From the NCBI GenBank assembly GCA_965368765.1, contig CBDUOF010000001.1, positions 1-51,915 of the forward strand: 51,915 nucleotides of DNA. Reading direction: 5' to 3'. The notes beneath the pieces were generated by a model, which had not been told where the DNA came from, ran no database searches, and saw only the letters and a list, made by a program, of their open reading frames with translations. The DNA comes from an uncultured Anaerolineae bacterium. GTDB taxonomy: Bacteria > Chloroflexota > Anaerolineae > Promineifilales > Promineifilaceae. This document shows, one piece after another, positions 47,605 through 51,915 of this stretch; within the stretch, counting starts at the first letter, position 1; each line of letters opens with the position of its first letter. Both the position numbers and the translations under genes were made by a program.

Positions 47605-48141
47605 TTACTGCTCCCCAAAAATCGTCTCTTCTTCAAAATTAGAATCAACGATAACGACCAGCACCTGATCTTTTTCTACACTGGCACCTTGCGCTACATT
47701 GACGCGTGCCACCAGACCATCTTTTGGCGCCCGCAGTTCATTTTCCATCTTCATCGACTCCAAAATGATGACCTGATCCCCTTTCTTCACCGGCTGACCT
47801 TCTGTCACTGTTACGGCGACAATGAGCCCCGGCATGGGCGATTTAATTTGCGCTTCGCCGGCCACATCGCCCACAACGCCTCGCGCTTTGGCCAGCCGAT
47901 AGGCCCGTTCGTCTTGTACCTTTACTGTGTACAGCTCACCTTTGGTTAACACTTCCCAAACGTCTTCGCGCGCTTCTACCACCGCTTCCAGCGAGCGGTT
48001 ATTTAGCAGCAATGATAGCGCGTCGGCTTCCGGTAAATGCTGAAAGTCAATCTCGAAGCGCTCCCCATTTACCAAAATCTGGTTGTTTTGCTCAACCTCG
48101 ATGATGAATTCTTCGTCATTGATCGTTGTTATATATTTCAT
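47605..48141 (-). CDS. Biotin carboxyl carrier protein-like subunit (biotinyl/lipoyl domain)
   Basis: 178 aa. The C-terminal biotinylation motif is ILESMKMENEL (MKM). Confidence 0.8.
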   Translation of the reverse strand: MKYITTINDEEFIIEVEQNNQILVNGERFEIDFQHLPEADALSLLLNNRSLEAVVEAREDVWEVLTKGELYTVKVQDERAYRLAKARGVVGDVAGEAQIKSPMPGLIVAVTVTEGQPVKKGDQVIILESMKMENELRAPKDGLVARVNVAQGASVEKDQVLVVIVDSNFEEETIFGEQ

Positions 48142-48208
48142 GGGCTGTCCAGTTGCTCAATTGCTCACTTACAAGTTGTACGCGGGCAATCGGATACTTG
48201 CATCATAC

Positions 48209-49726
48209 TTACTTTCTCAATCTTTCCCAGCGACTATACCATTTCCAGTTGCTCACATCCCGGTCACCGGGGGCTACAATTTGGCTTGCCTGCTGCCCTT
48301 GCTGGTGCGCCATCAGGGTCGCTATGATGGCGGCTTCCATTGTCAGCGGAGCTTCCCGATCGCTCATTTTGAATCGCTCCTCCACAAAATGCGTATCGAA
48401 CTGGCCCGTCATAAAGCGGTGGCTGTCCATCATATGTTGGTGGAAAGGAATGTTGGTCTTCACCCCCATGATGCGGTATTCCTCCAGGGCACGGCGCATC
48501 CGCAGAATCGCTTCGCCGCGCGTCTCACCGTAACAGATGAGCTTGCTAATCATGGAGTCGTAGTAGGGGGTGATTTCATAGCCGGGAAAAACGCCCGTGT
48601 CTACCCGTACGCCTGGCCCGGTAGGCACGCGGCTCACGGTAATAGTGCCGGTAGAGGGCAGGTAGTTATTGTACGGATCTTCAGCATTGATACGACACTC
48701 GATAGCCCAGCCCTTCATTTTGATGTCTTCTTGCTTAAAACGCAGTCGCCGTCCACGCGCAATGCGCAGCTGCTCCTGCACGATATCTACCCCGGTTACC
48801 AGTTCGGTGATGGGATGTTCAACCTGGACACGGGTATTCATCTCTAAAAAGTAGAAGTTTTTCTCCCGATCCAGCAGAAATTCAATGGTACCTGCGCTAG
48901 CATAGTCAACGGCTTTGGCAGCGGCGACAGCCACCGCGCCCATTTTCTGACGCAGCGCTTCATCAACGACAAAGCTGGGGCTTTCTTCGATGACTTTTTG
49001 GTGACGACGCTGCAGAGAACATTCCCGCTCACCCAAATGGATGACGTTGCCGTGCATATCGGCCAGAAGCTGAATTTCGATATGACGGCCGTTTTCAATC
49101 AGGCGCTCCAAATAAACTGTGTCATTGCCGAATGCGGCGGCAGCCTCACGGCGCGCGGCTGCCAGAGCACCCGGCAAATCGACCGACTTGTAAACAGGGC
49201 GCATCCCTTTGCCGCCACCGCCTGCCGTCGCCTTTACCAACAGGGGAAACCCAATCTTTTTGGCCGCTTCAATGAGCGCTTCATCGGTATCGGCTGAGGC
49301 GCCAGGCACGACGGGAACACCAGCAGCAACGGCCGTTTCCCGCGCCGTCTGCTTATCCCCCATAATCCGAATGGCTTCCGGCGGTGGCCCGACAAACACC
49401 AGGCCATTGTCAACGCACATCTGGGCAAACTCCGCCCGCTCCGACAAAAAGCCATAGCCAGGATGAATTGCCTCTGCCCCAGACCGCTTGGCAATCTCCA
49501 GAATCTTGTCCATGCGCAGGTAGCTGTCCTTGGCCGGCGACGGACCTAGATAATACGCCTCGGTCGCGTAGCGCACATGCAGGGCGTGGCGATCGGCATC
49601 TGAATACACTGCCACAGTGCTTATGCCCAACTCATGACAGGCACGCAAAACCCGCATGGCAATCTCGCCGCGATTGGCGATGAGTAATTTATTGAATCGT
49701 TTAGGTAATAAACTGTCTGTAGCCAT
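48209..49726 (-). CDS. accC: Biotin carboxylase subunit of an acyl-CoA carboxylase
   Basis: 505 aa. KLLIANRGEIAMRVLRAC, ATP-grasp segment GFPLLVKATAGGGGKGMR, EMNTRVQVEHPITE. Confidence 0.92.
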   Translation of the reverse strand: MATDSLLPKRFNKLLIANRGEIAMRVLRACHELGISTVAVYSDADRHALHVRYATEAYYLGPSPAKDSYLRMDKILEIAKRSGAEAIHPGYGFLSERAEFAQMCVDNGLVFVGPPPEAIRIMGDKQTARETAVAAGVPVVPGASADTDEALIEAAKKIGFPLLVKATAGGGGKGMRPVYKSVDLPGALAAARREAAAAFGNDTVYLERLIENGRHIEIQLLADMHGNVIHLGERECSLQRRHQKVIEESPSFVVDEALRQKMGAVAVAAAKAVDYASAGTIEFLLDREKNFYFLEMNTRVQVEHPITELVTGVDIVQEQLRIARGRRLRFKQEDIKMKGWAIECRINAEDPYNNYLPSTGTITVSRVPTGPGVRVDTGVFPGYEITPYYDSMISKLICYGETRGEAILRMRRALEEYRIMGVKTNIPFHQHMMDSHRFMTGQFDTHFVEERFKMSDREAPLTMEAAIIATLMAHQQGQQASQIVAPGDRDVSNWKWYSRWERLRK

Positions 49727-49786
49727 TGTTTGATTTACGATCTTAGATTGACAATGAGTGAATTCAGATCAAAGCCAATCGTCAAT

Positions 49787-51331
49787 TTATAGGGGAATAT
49801 TCCCGTGCTTCTTGGGTGGATTATGATCCCGCTTGTTTTGCAGCATGTTGAGGGCATTGATGAGGCGCGGACGGGTTTCGCTGGGTTCAATCACGTCATC
49901 GACGTAGCCACGCCGGGCGGCTTCATACGGATTGGCAAACTGTTCTCGATAATCGGCCACCAGCTCCGCTTTGCGAGCAGCGGGATCTTCTGCATTTTGC
50001 AGGTCGCGCCGGAATATGATATTGACAGCACCGTCTGGCCCCATCACGGCAATTTCGGCCGTAGGCCAGGCCAGGTTCAGATCAGCACGAATATGCTTGC
50101 TGTTCATGACGCAGTACGCGCCGCCGTACGCTTTGCGGGTGACAACGGTGATTTTCGGCACGGTGGCTTCGCAAAAGGCGTAAAGCAGCTTGGCACCATG
50201 CCGAATAATTCCGCCATGCTCCTGGTTGATGCCCGGCAGGAAGCCAGGAACGTCCTCAAACACAATCAGCGGAATATTGAAGCTGTCACAGAAGCGCACA
50301 AACCGGCCAGCCTTTTCGCTGGCGGCAATGTCCAACACACCCGCCAGCACCATGGGCTGGTTAGCCACAATCCCAACAGAAAAGCCACCTAGCCGCGCAA
50401 AACCGACAACAATATTTTGGGCATAATGCTCCTGAATTTCATAAAAGATCCCGTTGTCCATAATGAGGTGAATCACATCTTTGATGTCGTACGGTTTGTT
50501 AGGATTGTTGGGGACAATGCTGTTGAGTGCATTTTCCGTGCGCAGGCTGTCGTCTTTACTGGGCACAAAGGGAGGATCTTCCATGTTGTTGGACGGCAGG
50601 TAACTCATCAGCTCCCGGATGAGGTAGAGCGCGTCGGCTTCGGATTCGGCGGCCATGTGAGCCACCCCGCTTTTTTCGTTGTGGGTCATGGCGCCACCCA
50701 GCTCTTCAAAGGAAACTTCTTCGCCGGTGACGGCTTTCACCACGTCTGGCCCGGTGATGAACATGTAGCTGCTCTCTTTGACCATGTAGATGAAGTCGGT
50801 AAGGGCCGGGGAGTAGACAGCGCCGCCCGCGCAGGGCCCCATGATGGCGCTAATTTGGGGGACAACGCCAGAGGCCAATGTGTTGCGCAGGAAAATGTCG
50901 GCGTAACCGCCCAGGCTCACAACCCCTTCCTGAATGCGGGCTCCGCCAGAATCGTTTAAGCCGATGACGGGCGCACCATTGCGAATGGCCATGTCCATTA
51001 TTTTGCATATTTTATCGGCGTGAACCTGGCTAAGGCTCCCGCCAAAGACGGTGAAGTCCTGGCTAAAAACGTAAACGAGACGGCCGTCTACTGTGCCCCA
51101 CCCTGTCACAACGCTATCTCCCATATATTTTTGCTTGTCCATACCAAAATTGCGTTCACGATGAACAACAAAGGCATCAATTTCACGAAAAGAGCCTTTA
51201 TCTAGCAGAAGGTCGATCCGTTCACGGGCGGTCATCTTGCCCTTTTCTTTGTGGCGCGCCACCCGTTCCGGGCCGCCACCCTGCTGTGATTCTTGTCTGA
51301 GCTGCTGAAGTTTTTCAAATTTGTCGGTCAT
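49787..51331 (-). CDS. Acyl-CoA carboxylase carboxyltransferase (beta) subunit, propionyl-CoA carboxylase / methylmalonyl-CoA carboxyltransferase type
   Basis: Start placed at [11 protein letters not shown] (ATG 51331), which gives 514 aa. Blocks [31 protein letters not shown] and [12 protein letters not shown] are typical of the PccB/AccD5 family. Confidence 0.9.
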   Translation of the reverse strand: MTDKFEKLQQLRQESQQGGGPERVARHKEKGKMTARERIDLLLDKGSFREIDAFVVHRERNFGMDKQKYMGDSVVTGWGTVDGRLVYVFSQDFTVFGGSLSQVHADKICKIMDMAIRNGAPVIGLNDSGGARIQEGVVSLGGYADIFLRNTLASGVVPQISAIMGPCAGGAVYSPALTDFIYMVKESSYMFITGPDVVKAVTGEEVSFEELGGAMTHNEKSGVAHMAAESEADALYLIRELMSYLPSNNMEDPPFVPSKDDSLRTENALNSIVPNNPNKPYDIKDVIHLIMDNGIFYEIQEHYAQNIVVGFARLGGFSVGIVANQPMVLAGVLDIAASEKAGRFVRFCDSFNIPLIVFEDVPGFLPGINQEHGGIIRHGAKLLYAFCEATVPKITVVTRKAYGGAYCVMNSKHIRADLNLAWPTAEIAVMGPDGAVNIIFRRDLQNAEDPAARKAELVADYREQFANPYEAARRGYVDDVIEPSETRPRLINALNMLQNKRDHNPPKKHGNIPL

Positions 51332-51431
51332 GGGCCAATTCCAAAATACTGGTTCCAATTCCAGATCTATTTCTGGAACTGGTTCATGGTTGCCTTTCAC
51401 TTTAAAGAGCAAGTTATTGCTTGAAGCAACC

Positions 51432-51872
51432 TTAATGAAAATAGGTTTGTGCGGCGCGTCGGAGCGACCACCGATTGAAGAAGACTGTGCCAATGAGCAT
51501 GAGGCTGGTGATCAGCCACAAGGTCCAGTTGCGCGGTGGCTGAGCAAATAGCAGCCATACGGCCGATTCATACAAAAGGTAACAGCTAATTGCAACGGGA
51601 ATAGAGTTGATGACAAACGGCCGTTTCTGCCCCAGCTTCCAGGCTAACCCATAAAACAACACACCAAACAAACTTCCCGCCACCAGCCGCAGGCGTGGGT
51701 CTGGCTGAATAAGCTGCGTCTGGGGCAGATCAAGCTGCTGACCAATAGCAAAGGCCCGTCCAAGGTTCCATGTCCCAAGGAAAATAACACTCCAAAAAGT
51801 AATAGTTACGGTACGAGGTCGGGTTGGCACAGGCTGGACACTCATTGAGAAAATTATAGAGTATCGTTGCAA
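51432..51872 (-). CDS. Hypothetical membrane protein (4 TM)
   Basis: 146-aa ORF with four hydrophobic segments. I recognise no family. Confidence 0.45.
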   Translation of the reverse strand: MQRYSIIFSMSVQPVPTRPRTVTITFWSVIFLGTWNLGRAFAIGQQLDLPQTQLIQPDPRLRLVAGSLFGVLFYGLAWKLGQKRPFVINSIPVAISCYLLYESAVWLLFAQPPRNWTLWLITSLMLIGTVFFNRWSLRRAAQTYFH

Positions 51873-51915
51873 AGTTGTCAGATATTTGTCTCCGGCCGGG
51901 TTTCCGATAGTCGCT

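Larger units (their letters stand above)
734..51624. repeat. Dispersed highly iterated palindrome ACGGCCGT (extended consensus AACGGCCGTT), about 83 exact copies across the window
   Basis: Hand scan of the sequence. Exact copies start at 734, 956, 1135, 1216, 1435, 1563, 2320, 2753, 2849, 3476, 5210, 5505, 5549, 6842, 6968, 7144, 7483, 8825, 8974, 9647, 9826, 10045, 11887, 12177, 12512, 13996, 14768, 15495, 15837, 16170, 16822, 18217, 18732, 18960, 18990, 21798, 22812, 23592, 23664, 23814, 24021, 24333, 24594, 24857, 25481, 25722, 26360, 26425, 27215, 28833, 29797, 29844, 30115, 30859, 31132, 31276, 32264, 33108, 33356, 36236, 37106, 37473, 38743, 38761, 39335, 40626, 41057, 41877, 41917, 42866, 43175, 43527, 44186, 45087, 45491, 45564, 46286, 46541, 47151, 49085, 49329, 51080, 51617. 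Confidence 0.9.

Noticed and set aside
48083-50959. Plus-strand ORFs (254, 195 and 180 aa) opposite accC and the carboxyltransferase gene
   Set aside because: They are antisense to highly conserved carboxylase genes, and their translations are His/Arg/Gly-rich nonsense.
51332-51493. N-terminal 54-codon extension of the carboxyltransferase ORF; similar 5' extensions occur at 3450-3518, 8791-8844, 20973-21014, 23777-23965, 40455-40496, 9715-9732 and 10381-10410
   Set aside because: Internal ATGs with Shine-Dalgarno sequences or family-typical N-termini give standard protein lengths. The extensions overlap neighbouring genes or promoters, or begin at non-ATG codons.
734-51624. Interpreting the ACGGCCGT copies as MITEs, transposon ends or REP elements
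   Set aside because: Conservation does not extend beyond about 12 bp. There are no flanking inverted repeats or target duplications. Most copies lie inside intact ORFs in all frames, and no transposase is present in the window.

Overview
This 51.9 kb window is gene-dense bacterial chromosome, about 52-55% GC by eye. Gene content loosely suggests a filamentous Chloroflexota-like organism (low confidence). I support about 38 protein genes. They include PEP carboxylase, a glyoxylate-shunt operon (malate synthase A and isocitrate lyase) with a divergent RamB/PrpR-type regulator, ThiD, a YjjX-type NTPase, a heterodimeric ABC exporter, a split-subunit biotin-dependent acyl-CoA carboxylase, two sensor kinases, two cNMP-binding proteins, a DUF1800/DUF1501 pair, a GT-C glycosyltransferase and a LysM protein. 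I found no rRNA, tRNA, CRISPR array, transposase or integrase. Two signals stand out. (1) A tightly coupled five-gene operon at 26228-30430 encodes a NurA-like nuclease, a small membrane protein, a standalone HAS-barrel-like protein, an orphan AbrB/MazE-fold protein and a HerA/DUF87 ATPase. The two smallest genes are strikingly AT-rich. This is my best candidate for an undescribed nuclease-ATPase system (defence or DNA processing). (2) The 8-bp palindrome ACGGCCGT (extended AACGGCCGTT) occurs about 83 times by hand count, against roughly one expected. It is mostly inside genes and in all three frames, so it behaves as a HIP1-like highly iterated palindrome. Smaller observations are an Hsp70-like ATPase fused to a beta-pinwheel-like repeat domain, a DUF2089/SHOCT/29-aa-repeat cluster, candidate operators and promoters, and a terminator built from two copies of the palindrome. 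All domain calls come from motifs read by eye and have not been checked by searches.
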